NCBI RefSeq assembly: GCF_036971445.1
Contig: NC_091479.1
Location: 90,210,001 to 90,274,000, forward strand
Reading direction: 5' to 3'
Length of the DNA: 64,000 nucleotides
Source of the DNA: Narcine bancroftii
Taxonomy: Eukaryota
Under the pieces are notes generated by a model. That model made no database searches. It was not told where the DNA came from and saw only the letters and a program-made list of their open reading frames with translations. Positions 37,344-50,415 of the stretch are shown here, piece after piece (the first letter of the stretch is position 1; each line of letters opens with the position of its first letter). The position numbers and the translations under genes are program-made.

Positions 37344-38269
37344 ATATAGCAGCTATACCATCATTTAACACAATAACACCCTACTCCTGGTTGTAAAGAA
37401 GAGGCTTTCCTTGCAGTAGAGAGTAATGATAATGAAATGAGGAGAACAAGATCAAAATGAGGTATTTAACAGGCTATTGGGACTATTTCTAAACAACATT
37501 AAATTCTTAGCAGCTTCCAGCCAATATAAGCAGAGAATGTCATTGAGAGAACTGATCTTCCCGGAAGGGAGAGGATTCAAGTCTAATATTGTTGGATGGC
37601 TCGGAGGATGTACTAAGAAAATTAGCAAACAACTTGCAAGTTTTCTTTAACACAAAGTCCTCTGAGAAAGGAAATAGTAAATTAGGTGATAAAGCTGAGA
37701 TAGCAGAAACTTTGCAGGATAATGTGGGAGAATACCCTATGGTCTCTTTCCTACAAACTGTTGACACCGCGTTCTCTGCTAAATCACGGGATTTTCAATC
37801 CAGTGTGATCCTCAGTGAAAAGCTCAAAACATTCACACTATATTATAGTTCTTTGTAAAAATGATTTATACAGTTTATCTGTTCTGATGTAGAGAGGGAC
37901 CAGCTCCAAATGAAAAAAAGTGACAAGAGTTCAGTCTTCTTCCCAAACATGCATCGGTTAAAATTAGATAAGTGATTCTAAAACGATAGAAATTAAACAG
38001 GTTGCTTCACATCATGGCTACAAATTGACTTGCTCTAAGCATTCCTCTATGTCACATTATTCATTACCTTATGTTGGCTGTAATATGAATTACATTTTCA
38101 ACTTAACCCTGCATTTACAAGGCATCTGGATTGGAATGTACAGATTGCTCTTTACATCTCCTTCAGGTCACCCCAAGGCCCTTGCAGCTAATTAGATCAC
38201 TATTGTAACATTGGAAACATAGCAGCCAATTTGTGCACAACCAGCGCCCACAAACACCACCAATGGGGA

Positions 38270-38670
38270 AAGTAAAAACACAAAGTTGGGGAAACTCAGC
38301 AGGTCAAACCGTGTGCTTTACATAGCAAAAGTAAAGATAAGTAACTGACGTTTCGGGCTTCATCTAGGTCTGGACAAAATGTAGGCAGGTGCCCAAACAA
38401 AATGGTGGGGAGGGGGCAGAGAAAGGAGCACGATCCCACAGGCAGGAGGTTAATATGGGTGGATATGGGCAGGAGGAGACACCAGCTAACAGGGGGAAGG
38501 GGGATGGCTCTGTGAATGGAGAGGGAAGGGGTGGAGAGCTGGAGAAAAGAGAGAGGGACAGGGAAGAGAGGGAGAATGAGGTTTAGCAGAAATCAGAGAA
38601 GTCAATACTAATGCCATTCTGTTGGCCAAGTGAGAGAGCCCTCAGACAGAATATTATGAGCTGGTCCTCC
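38270..38670 (-). mobile_element. Penelope-like element 3' fragment
   Basis: Reverse-strand match to 2940-3290 (pLTR, TGACGTTTCGGGC, purine-rich tract). Confidence 0.7.
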
Positions 38671-41600
38671 TCCTTTCACTCAACTGATGGGGACACTAGT
38701 TTCTAGAAATGTTGATCGGCAGATAAACTTTGTCAGATATTTTCCCTGTTCTTATTCAAAATGCTGCCATGGGATATTTAACATCCACTTCAGAGTCCAA
38801 ATTAAACCTCAGCTTAACATTTCATCCGAAAGTCAGCATATGGGCCAGTGGAACACTCCCTCAGTGTTACCTTGCCCAGAGTTGAGCCCAAGCGTATGGG
38901 TTTGAATCTGGAGCTTGCCAATAAGAGAACTATCCCCTCTGTCACAGATGATGCATTCATTTAAAGCTCTTGCAACTAAGATGACTTACTGCTTCAGAAT
39001 AAACAAATACCTTGGAATGGAAGAGATAGTGACATCCTGACAGGAAAGTGTTTTCTTTCAGAAGATTTGAAGGCAGGAAGCAAAGTGATTTTTGCACAGA
39101 AAGTTTCAAAAGGTCGGGATGTAATGTCAAAAAAAAGTTGCTCTGCTGAGGGGAGCCTGGAGTGAGGAACGGGTGATAATCCGGTGTCTGAGGAGTGGGA
39201 CGATGAACAGCTGGAGAGCATCGGTCACGGAGGTTGAAGCAAGTCCCCGGAGGATTTGAAAATTAGGCTTTTGAAGTCAATTCACTTGGGTACAAGGAGC
39301 CATGGGCCGGGAGGTTCTGAATTAGTTGGAGTTTGCAGAGGGTGAAGTGGGAGGTGGGGAAGGGGTAGGGGCAGGGAACTAAAGAGAACCAGATGTCTGG
39401 CAAGGAGAAAGGTTGGAAATGTCAGGCTTAGAAGGTTAAGAAAGTGTGAACTGAGCTTAGCTGCTGGCGAGAAAGTGGTCGGGCTTTAGGCAGCCAATAT
39501 TATGTAGTCCAAACATATAATACTCCATAGTTTACAGCAATAAACCACATGTAGGAGCCCCAGCACAAGCCAGACTTTATTCAAATAGATGGAAAATTGG
39601 GCAATTTTTTTTTGGTGACATGATCCTCAGCGTCAGATTTTCCTCTGGGTAAAAAGGCAAAGAAAATTACCCAACTACATTTCATTTCAAGTTGGGTACG
39701 GATGGAGTGAGATATTGTGAGATATTGTGAGATCCTCAGTTGTTTGAATAATTAAGGGGATATTTTTAATCTATTCCAGCAAATAGACAAGGCCTATTCT
39801 GATATCTCTTAAACAGCAGCAGGAAAACCACACATTTTGGCAGAGAATTTTTTTTTGTTGTTGAAGAACTGCTTTGGAGATTAACTGCCAGAACACAGGG
39901 TGGGTAGGGATTGATTTTGATTCTATAAAAAGCAACTATGCAGTTCCCAAATAATAGAAAAGAAAGTGTTAGTTATAATAGTATTGCCCATCTCCTAAAA
40001 GTCTTGACAAGTTGACAGATACCAGGTTTTTCCCCAAATTAGCTTTGTGTTATTTTTCTCTAATTTCCCTTTTCCAGGATATGCCATGATTAAAGGCCAG
40101 GCATATGACGCATGGAGCTACATTATTTCTGAATGGGTGGCATGTAATAGGTTGCCTTTTCCCATCTTTGCATTCATCACATTCACCGTCTGTGACAATG
40201 ATGTAGTTTTGTCTGCTTATCAACTGGTAGTCACCTTCTGGGAGCCCTGTGTGAGTTAAAGCATGCAGGATCAGGAAATGCAGGCTGAGACATCAGAGGC
40301 CAATTAGGCCAAAGTGTAATTGGCCTCCATTTTAAAGTCAGACATTATCATTATTCGTTTGAAATTTTTAAGTTTCCTTTCTGCAGCTCATTTACAAATA
40401 ATTAACAACTTGCATTTAATTAGCTCTTTTAATGCAAAGGTCGTTAAAGGAAAGTTATCAAATCAAGTTTAACACCATGTCACATTAAGAGGTAATAGTT
40501 AGAATAACCTCGTGGTAATGGGTAGATTTTAAGGAATGTATGATGGAAACTTCCACTGCAGAATTCGTAGACAGGATGTACTGGTTAAAAAAAAATCACA
40601 GGGTCAAATAGAAAACACGGCAACTCCATTACCTGCCTCACATCTGTATGCTGCTGTTCCTCTATCTCTTTTCTCACATCCCACTTTACCCTGCTCTGAG
40701 AGAAGGCTTACTGGACTACTTCCTGGATTGGGAGGTTATCTTGAGGGTCTTTACTGGGTGGAGAGAATAGACTTCCTCAAAGGTGGTTTTCACAGTAGAG
40801 ATAGATAGGTTCTTGGAAAAACAAAGGGATAGAATGTTACCAGAGAATGTGGAGTGGAGGCTACAATCAGTCCAGCCATCATCATGTTGAGAAGAAATGG
40901 CTCGAGGTGGAGTGACCTGCTCCTCCTATTTCTTATTTTTATTGTCTTAAATTTTCCTTTCACTTTTTTAAAAAATCACTGAAGATAGGAAATAAGAGGT
41001 GGGGAGGCAGGGAAGGAGGACACCGAAAGTGGCAGAGCAGTTTCAGGGAGACTGTAGCCCCTGGAGTCTCCCCATCCTTCCCCTGCCCTATCACTTCCTC
41101 CTCTTCTCACCTTCCCACATCAATTCTGACTCCCGTCACCCCTCCTCGCAACTCCCCAGTTTTTGCTGAATGTTAACCTTCACTCTCCGTTGAGGGTCGT
41201 GGACAAAGGCCTGAAACTTACCGCAAATATTTTCCAAATTTTCTCACCTACTCTACCTTTCCACCCTTTTTTTTGGCCTCAAAACAGGCAGAGCCCAGAA
41301 GCAAATAGCGCAATCATTTAAGCAAAATGGAGTGAAGTAGCAAGCTGCCTCTTCTTATCCATATACCTTACAGCAATTATAAATGGCCACAATTAGCACT
41401 GGTCCAGAAAATGTAGAATTCTGATATTCCAGTGCCATGTGGTCGATGCTCCTGACCATTTCAATCTGCTAACAGCAAATATGCCCAAATTTGAAGGCCT
41501 TATTCCATGGGTCACGATGGAATAATCGTCCAACAAGGGACAGCAAATTGTGGAATTCAGAACAAAGACAGGACCCTCAGAGAACTGTGGTTCTATCAAC

Positions 41601-41758
41601 ATTTATGGGAGGAAAGGTGTCAGGCCATTTCAGGTCAAGATCCGAAATCAGGACTAAGTAGGAACAGGAGAGAATGCCTGGAAATAGCAGTGTGTAGATG
41701 GGTAGGATGGAAGCTGGTAGGTGATAGGTGGAACCAGGTGGAGAGGATGTTGGGCGGG

Positions 41759-42095
41759 TGGAACCAGATCTGGGAGAGGGTCTGGGACAGTGCCTTGTAG
41801 GTGATAGGTGGGGCCAGATATGGGAGAGGGGTCTGGGACCGTGCCTTGTAGGTGATAGGTGGAGCCAGATATGGGAGAGGGGTTTGGGACCGTGCCTTGT
41901 AGGTGATAGGTGAGGCCAGATATGGGAGAGGGGCTTTGGACCGTGCCTTGTAAGTGATAGGTGGGGTCAGATATGGGAGAGGGGTTTGGGACCGTGCCTT
42001 GTAAGTGATAGGTGGGGTCAGATATGGGAGAGGGGTTTAGGACTGTGCCTTGTAGGTGATAGGTGGGGCCAGATAAGGGAGAGGGGTCTGGGACA
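41759..42095. repeat. G-rich minisatellite, ~6.5 x 51 bp, inside a Penelope-like remnant (~41530-42730, minus)
   Basis: Unit CCTTGTAGGTGATAGGTGGGGCCAGATATGGGAGAGGGGTCTGGGACCGTG. CCTTG recurs at 41793, 41844, 41895 and 41946. Confidence 0.93.
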
Positions 42096-44359
42096 GGTGT
42101 ACAGCTTCATTACTGTGTGTGGTAACTTTGGTGAGAGTTGACCAACAGTAACGGACTCAATTTCTCTAATGCCTGATGCCTCAACAGGTGGAACCAGAAG
42201 AGGAAGGAACATTGGGCAGGTGGAAACAAGTGGGTGGAAGGAATAAAGGAAGAGGAAAACTAGATGGACAGGTGAGTATGCGTGGAGGAGAGCACCAGAG
42301 GGTGTGGGTGTCCTGAGAATGGAAAATTCAATATTCATACATTGGTTGTAAGGTATGAAGTGGAATATGAGATTTTGTTTCCAAGTATTTGTTTGCCCTT
42401 CCCAAAGCCATGAGAGAAAAAAAAACGCTGAGGACAGACAGGTCATTATGAAAGTTGGAGAAGCATTGGATTCAAACGTGGCCGGAAGCTTAGATGACCA
42501 TGGAAGACAGAGTGCAGGTGATCCTCAAAATGATCACCTCGTCTCCACTTGGTTTCACCAACATAAAGGGGGCCACGTCAGCAATGAGTGAGGTTGGCCA
42601 GGGAGGAAAAGGTGGAGTGAATCTCAGAGGATGGCTTCATCCAGCATGGAGGCTGCTACATCTTGCATTGGATCAAAGGGCTAGGGCCTCGGAGGATCAA
42701 GGGGCAAGGGTAGTTGGGTGAGGAAGGCATGATTGGAACTGCAAGCACAATTCAGACAGGAAGAACTCAAATGAGTTTCTGAAGTAACTCAGCCTGGATT
42801 TGATTACTCCTCTGTCACTCTATCTAAGCACATTTTCAATTGCATGGCATTACAATACACAATGTCATGCAATCAATTTTCTAGATCATTAATTTTTAAA
42901 CTTAAGAAAATACAGCTGGAGATGACCAATTTGCTCCATAACTTGTAGCAGAGGACAGGTTTTGCACCAATTTATTCACATTTAGAAAACATACAAGAAA
43001 TATTTTCAAACTGTTTCCGCAGCATTGTTGGAATAAATGCGAAAGCCAGATTATATGAATTGAGGAATTCCCGCAGAATTCCAATGAAAAATTTAAGGCA
43101 AGAAGTGCTGCTAATTGGAACAATGGTAAATCGAATCTGATCAGAACGATGATATTTGATGTTTTTAAATCAGTAAACACAACGAAATGCAAAACCAAAT
43201 ATTCTTCAATCGTTTTCAAGGGCAATCGATGGCTCCTCATCATGGTCACTGCCTTTGGAGACTAAAAGACCGTGTAGCTATAAAATGGCGTTGATCTAAG
43301 AGTACCTTGTGAGTAAAGAGATCACGAGAATATGACCCGCATTTCTGCACCAGTTACAGTAGAATCTCTGCGACACACTGCAAAGTCCATTGTTCGCTGT
43401 TCACGACCAGCAAAAAGAAAATAAGGAGTGGAAGGTGTACAGCTTCATTATTGTGTGCAGTAACTTTGGTGAGAGTTGATCAACAGTTATGCATACAATT
43501 TCTCTAATGCCTAATGAACTACAAAGATTTTAACAATGACATTCCGACCTCCTTTATTAATTACTTCTGCCAAGATGCAAGACTTTATGTATGAAATGCT
43601 ATTCTGAAATAAAAAATATAACAAGCAGTGGAATCAAATATTCCACTTTCTAACTGTGGAAATTAATCAGACCTAGACCTCAAAAGGAGTTTTTGTTTCG
43701 GATCGGTGGATAGGATTGGTACAATGAGGGCCATACAGTAGTCCAGCTACGTCACGGCTCCCATGACCAGGATTCATCCCTAGCCTTTGGTGCTGCCTGT
43801 GAGGAGATTGATATTCTTTGCAACTGTGTGTGTTTCCCCTGGGTGCTCCAGTTTCTTCCCATATCTCAAAGTCATTCAGGTTAGAGTAGGTTCATTGATC
43901 GCTATAAATTACCCTTAGTGAATGGTAAAATCTGGGAAGGTAACAATAGAGGGGGGGGGGGATTAAAATGAGTAATGTAAATTGATGTTTGATGGGCAGC
44001 ATGAAATCGGTGGGTCAAAGTGCTTTATGTGCTTCTGTGCTTTATGACAAAGTCACTCTGGCATTTAAGTGCTCAATGGTTCTTTCCATCTCCTGCTAAT
44101 CACTCTCTCTCAGAGAAAGTTGATTTCTGTCTTTTAAGTTGCTATTTCTTCCTTCTGGTCAAGCAATCCCTCCACTCAATCTCATCGCGAGATAGAAAAC
44201 TCAGAAACATAGAGAAAGGACGTCAAGAAGTGAAACATGAAAATCTGTAGGCACTGTGGTTGAAGTAAAAACACAATGCTGGAGAAACTAAGCAGGTCAA
44301 ACAGTGTCCTTTATATAGCGAAGATAAAGATAAACAACTTGCAGAAATATAGAACATTG

Positions 44360-45570
44360 CACGTTAGAAACAGGTCTCTTTGGTCCTTCTAATCTGGGCT
44401 GAACCATTTTTTTTTGCCAAGTCCCACTCCATAGCCCTCCATACCTCTCCCATCCATGTACCTGTCCAAATTCTTCTTAAATATTAAAATTGAGCCCTCA
44501 TTCACCACTTCAGCTGGCAACTCGTTCCGCACACCCACCTCTCTGTGTGAAGTTCCTCCTTATGCTCCCCCTAAATCTTTCCCCTTTCACTCTTAACCCA
44601 TGTCCTCTGGTTTGTATCTCACCTATCCTCATTGGAAAAAGCCTATCTACATTTACTCTGTCTATCCACCTCATAATTTTAAATACCTCTATCAAATTTC
44701 CCCTCATTCTTCTATGCTCAAGGGAATAAAGAACTAATCTGTTTAATGTTCCCCTGTAATGTTCCCTGTACAAGGACTGCCTAAAGAAATCTCTTGGTGC
44801 CTGCCACATTGACCACCGCCAGTGGGATGATATCGCCTCAAACCGTGCATCTTGGCGCCTCACAGTTTGGCGGGCAGCAACCTCCTTTGAAGAAGACCGC
44901 AGAGCCCACCTCACTGACAAAAGGCAAAGGAGGAAAAACCCAACACCCAACCCCAACCAACCAATTTTCCCCTGCAGCCGCTGCAACCGTGTCTGCCTGT
45001 CCCGCATCGGACTTGTCAGCCACAAACGAGCCTGCAGCTGACGTGGACTTTTACCCCCTCCATAAATCTTCGTCCGCGAAGCCAAGCCAAAGAAAGAAGA
45101 AAGAACTCAGTTCCTGAAGTCCGGGCAACGTCCTAATAAATTCTCTCTGTACTCTATATTAATGATATCTTTCCTGTAGTTAGGTGATCAAAACTGCACA
45201 TAATACCCCAAATTTGGTCTCACAATGGCTTATACAACATTAACATAACATTCCAACTCCTGTACTCAATACTTTGATTTACGAAGGCCAATATGCCAAA
45301 AACTTTCTTTACAACCCCATCCACCTGCAACATCACTTTAAGGGCATTATGTATCTGTATTCCCAGAGTGTATACCACTCTCCATACTTTCCTACCATTT
45401 ACCATGTATGTCCTTTTTTGGTTTGTCCTTCCAAAATACAACACCTCACACTTGTCTGCATTAATTTCCATCTGCCATTTTTCAGTCCATTTTTCCAGCT
45501 GGTCAAGATCCCTCTGCAGGCTTGGAAAACCTTCTCTGCTGTCCACAACACTTCCAATCTTAGTGGCATC
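44360..45570 (-). mobile_element. CR1 LINE 3' part, interrupted by RTE copy 4
   Basis: LQRDLDQLEKWTEKWQMEINADKCEVLYFG and LYSLEHRRMRGNLIEVFKIM..TRGHGLRV. Confidence 0.88.
44768..45103 (+). mobile_element. RTE-clade LINE copy 4, short 3' fragment inserted into a CR1 remnant
   Basis: Same 3' ORF/UTR with an AAGAAAGAAGAAAG tail. The CR1 sequence ...ccctgta|actcagttcc is split around it. Confidence 0.93.
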
Positions 45571-48500
45571 TGTGTTGCCCTTAATGCTGCAGTGCTACAT
45601 TAAACTGCAATCTCAGTACCATGGTCCAGAATATAGGGAAACCAGCAGTTAACTCTTACTTCATACTCATGGCAGAAAATGTGATGTGTGAGTCAAAGGC
45701 CTCACTTACCAATGTAAAAATACTTGTGCGCTCTTATCTGTGCAGACAATTACAGCCCAGAATAGCACGGGATAGCTTATTCAGATCTTCTCGACTCATC
45801 GCAGGAATCACTATTGTACCTGCACAGTGAATTACCAATTCGAAAACCAATACAGGATGAAATATGCTGGCCTGAACCTGGAGATCAGCAGTATTCCAAT
45901 TTCTGAATGGTGAGGGAATTAAACCATTTATATAAAACAGAGACTCCTTACACTTTAAATTAAAAACCAATGTTAGATTCGTTAGGGCAGTTTCAGAGGT
46001 AATACAAGTTGCATCCAGATAAGGAAAAATGATTCCTCTTGTGAGAGATGGGAAAACTGATCTAAAATTATGAACATGAAGGAAACTAAAATTCATACAT
46101 CAGTTAATGGCTGTAACCAGTACAAACAGAAGAGGATGGCAGAGGATTGTGGGGGAGAGTGGGGGGGGGGGGGGATGGAGCCATGGGGGTGGGTGGAATG
46201 AGCCAGTTCATTCAAGTGCAAAATAAGGACTGAGCACAACTTTACATCAAGTCTTCTGTACTCAGTCTCTGCCACACTTCAAGTCCTCGTCAATTAGAAC
46301 ACATGCAGAAAACTGGAACAACGTAGTAATGGACAATGGTCATAGTCCAAACAAGCTACTGAAAGAATGGAGCACTCACTGTCAGAAATAGAAAAAGACG
46401 CAAGTCTATCAATTTATTCTTCAGTTTATCTTCAAATAAGATACCATTGCAAAGCTATGCAGATTATCACGTGACAATGAACTTTTTTGTTTAAAAACTG
46501 CAGGTGCTGTGGTAATGTGAAAAGTGTTGAAAACATCCAGTAGATTAGGCAGCATGTGAAGATAAAGAAAATAGAGTTAACACGCTAGATCAAAAACAAA
46601 TTTCTATTTTCTCTCTTGCCACACACGTCAGAGGAACTCTAGTGGGTCAGCAAGCAGCCGTGGAAGACAAAAAAAAATGGCTTAGCCCAAAAATTTGACT
46701 GTTGTTTGCCTCACATGGATGCTGCTTGATCTACTGAGTTGCTCTAGTAATTTTTTGTGTGGCTGCAGCTTTCCAGATTCTGAACTCTCTCTCGTTTACC
46801 TGTTTTCTCTTTCTCTCCCCCCCCCACCCCCCCCCACCCCCCCCCCCACTCCATTTGTGACAGAGTCTTCAACCCAAAAGGTGGAAGTGTCTTTCTCTGA
46901 CCACAGATTGTGCTTGATCTAAATGTTTTCACTATTTTTATTTATGGTGAAAAGAAGCCGGATCAGGGTCTGATAAAGGAAACAAGTAAAGGCTGATTGA
47001 CAATTCAGAGGGGAAACAGCATTGTAAAGGAAAGCAGGTAAGTCCCACAGGACCATAAAGCTCGATGGCATTACCAATTGCGCAGAGAGCAGTAGAAGAT
47101 AAAATGTAAAAAGCCATTTCACTCTAGGTCGAAAATTGCTGGCATTGCAATACACAAACAATCACAGAAATCAGGCAAAACTATTCTAATTATTACTTCA
47201 ATTATGTAAAATTCAGCACCAAACAACAGACATCTTTATTTATTTATGCACAGGATCTGCAAAGGTCATTGTTCAGCTCAAATGAAGAAGCAGCATACTC
47301 CTGAGGTGAGATATTAAACTGCTCCGGCAGGTGAATGTGCAACAACCATCACAGTAATGACCAGCTTTGAGGCCATTCAAAAAAAACTTATCCTCTCTTC
47401 AGGAAGCTAAGTTAAAATACAGAACAAGTTACACTAGGGCTGCACAAAGAACCCAGCTTCGCATTTTGAAATATATTAAACAAAAACAAACTAGCGGTGC
47501 ATGTTTAAATCTTCATTTGTCTGTGATTCAACATTGTTATTCACTTGATAGATATATTCTTCCCTTTCACCAGTCATTTAGAACTGCTTGTATGTAGCCA
47601 TAAAACTCAACTGAAGTTTTAAGCAGTTCCAAAAGGTGATCATTATCGAGGTATGAAATACTGGAAATATATATATTTGGGTTGCCTGATCAGGCTGAAT
47701 ATTTAAGCTTTTGCAGTTCTTTGGAAGCTCTTTAGGTGGAATCATCAGAATGGGATCAATGTAAAAATCTATTTATTTTCACCTCAATGAAACTAATCTT
47801 TACAGACCTTAGCTCCAAAATATTTCCATACAAAGAGCAAAAGGTCACGCTCAGTTCGCAAAGTATTGTGAGCACACAGCTACTGAAGTTGCAGCACGCT
47901 GAACATCCACTCAAAATATACGTGCAGAAACACGGCTAGATTTTACTAGAATTTATTTTTTACTGAGAATAGATCATACTGTCACTTGCACAACTCCTTG
48001 TTCAGTCTAACTTGTAGATTTATAAGCACACCTCAGACAGCCCCTGTACAATTTCTCATCAATTCTACAGTTATTTGTATGGCCATTGTGACTTCCTAAC
48101 TCACTGACCCGTGAACATTGGGATTTTCAGTTTATTACACTGAATAGCAGATGCAATGCCTCATCTTTCCCCAAATTCCAATGCTTTCCTGTTCACAGTT
48201 TTACCCCAGAACGGATCATACATGTGCTTTCATTCACTTGGTGCGGGGTGCTTTTACAGCTCCCCACCCCCAAATCCAATCTTGCGTAGCTTACAGAAAA
48301 ATAAATCCGTACAAAGATGGAGCATGCAGCCAGTTACGCTGACCTTTAGCGTGACCTCTTGGTGTTCTGTTGGAGACTGCAAAACCACCAAGGGAAACCC
48401 ACCTTCAATCATCATTAAACTTGACCTGACAACTACTCCCTATATGCTTTATAACTGCAGGGCTATGGTTGGCAGTTTAACAACAAAAGCAAGATGATTA

Positions 48501-49124
48501 GATGCAATCAAGAATTAAACTTCAAAGGCTTTGCCAGTGTCTGCTTACATTACCATTTTTGATGGAAATGAGCCATAATTGACTGTGGGATCTATCATCT
48601 TACTTGGAAGGGCAACCTTGCACAAGAGCTCCAAGTATTTGCAGTCATTAAAAAAAGATAATAAGAGTTTTACTTTTAAAAAGTTTTGCATCAAAACATG
48701 AAAGAAAACAACTCACCAAGTTAAATCAATGCCTCAGTGCTGTAACTATTATCTGACATCCATTGTACAAAAAAGAAAGCTGCCTGCATGAAGTTAACTG
48801 ATCAAAACATGTATTAATTGACATTTCTGAGAAGCAATTTGTTTAAGCTATCTTGGTGAACACAGAGTTGGGATGAAGGAGATGAGTGGGTGCAGATACA
48901 TCAACTTGGCAGTTTCATCATGCTGGAGTCTTTATCCTAATTTGGGTGGGAAATATGTACGTCAAGCAATTAGATATGAACTGAATACGGTATTTAATCA
49001 AGTATAGAAATCATTACCATTTTAAAATTAGCATTACCACAACTTCCTTGAAGTTAGGAAAGCTTTCAATAGTATTTCACAAATTGGAATAAGGTAATTA
49101 ACATTAAACTGGAAAGACTTTAAG

Positions 49125-49350
49125 GCGCCATGGCCAGCGCAACGCTATCACAGCACGAGCAACTCGGGTCAGAATCTGAACCGGTCTGTTAGGAGTTTGT
49201 ACATTCTCCCCATGTCTGCGCCGATTTTCTCCAGGTTCTCTGGTTTACTCCCACCCCTCATAAAATCGTGCAGGGTTTCCAGGTTAATTGGTGTATTCGG
49301 GCAGCATGGGCTCGTGCGCCAGACGGGGCTGTTACCATGCAGTATCTTGA
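49125..49350 (+). mobile_element. tRNA-derived SINE
   Basis: Same head and core as the other copies. Confidence 0.7.
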
Positions 49351-50415
49351 AATCAATTTGTTTTAAAAATAAGGGACTGAAAGAATATAATTTTAAGGAA
49401 TTTTGTAAAAATGGAAAAGAGAAAAGACACGAGCAACTCAGGCTGCTGAATAATGTTCTATTAATTGTGAAAGAGTGGGGTGAAAGAGGTCAGGGATACC
49501 CCAGATGTCAGGGTTGAAGGAATGCAGAGAATGAACTTCAAATATACATCTCTTCAAATGTTTCAAGGGTGGAGGAGGTGATACAGGGATCAGGAATCAC
49601 AAAGTTGTCTCAAGATTTGAACATGGGGATTATAACTTTTTTTTAAAAATGTTGAGTTGTTTCTGTCCTGGCAACCATCAGAGGTCATCCAGCCCCAGGT
49701 TGGAAGGGCAAATCAGACTTAGCTTGGGGTTTGATACAGAAAAGCAGAGCAAAAAATTACCATACTTTATTCTTGCTCTCACTAAAGCTTTGAAATACAG
49801 ACAGTTCCTAGGTTTCATTTCGGAGTCTATTTTTCCATAAATCAGAAACATCCTTTCTCTAAAATGAATTCATTACTTTGCATGCACGCGATAAAATGTT
49901 TTAATTCATCAAATATTTGCCTTTACATTATTCATAGTTAAACTTATGTATATATACTGTACCCAGTTGTTAATGAATAGAACAAACAGTTTCTTATTAT
50001 CTTGATTTTTTTTAAAACTTATAGGAGAATTTACATAAAGTCAGATTTAAATTTAGACATACAGATTTAGGGGTTAAAGTTTCTAAAATATTTAAACATC
50101 TTCTCAAAGAAAACTTCAGTCCTCCAGACATGTGAAAGAAATCTTATCTAAATGATTCCCCCCCTCTCTATGTCGCTTGTTGGTAGAATTAACGTCATCA
50201 AAATGAATGTTCAGCCTAAATTTTTATACTCATTCCAGGCAATTCCGATTTTTATACCAAAGAAATTTTTTGATTCAGTTGAATCTATTATCTCTTCAGA
50301 TATTTGAAACCAGAAGTGTCCAAAGTTGAATAAATCTCATTTACAAAAATCAAAAAAAGGTGGGGGTTTTGCTTTGCCTAACCTGAGACATCATTATTGG
50401 GTCATTAATATTAAA

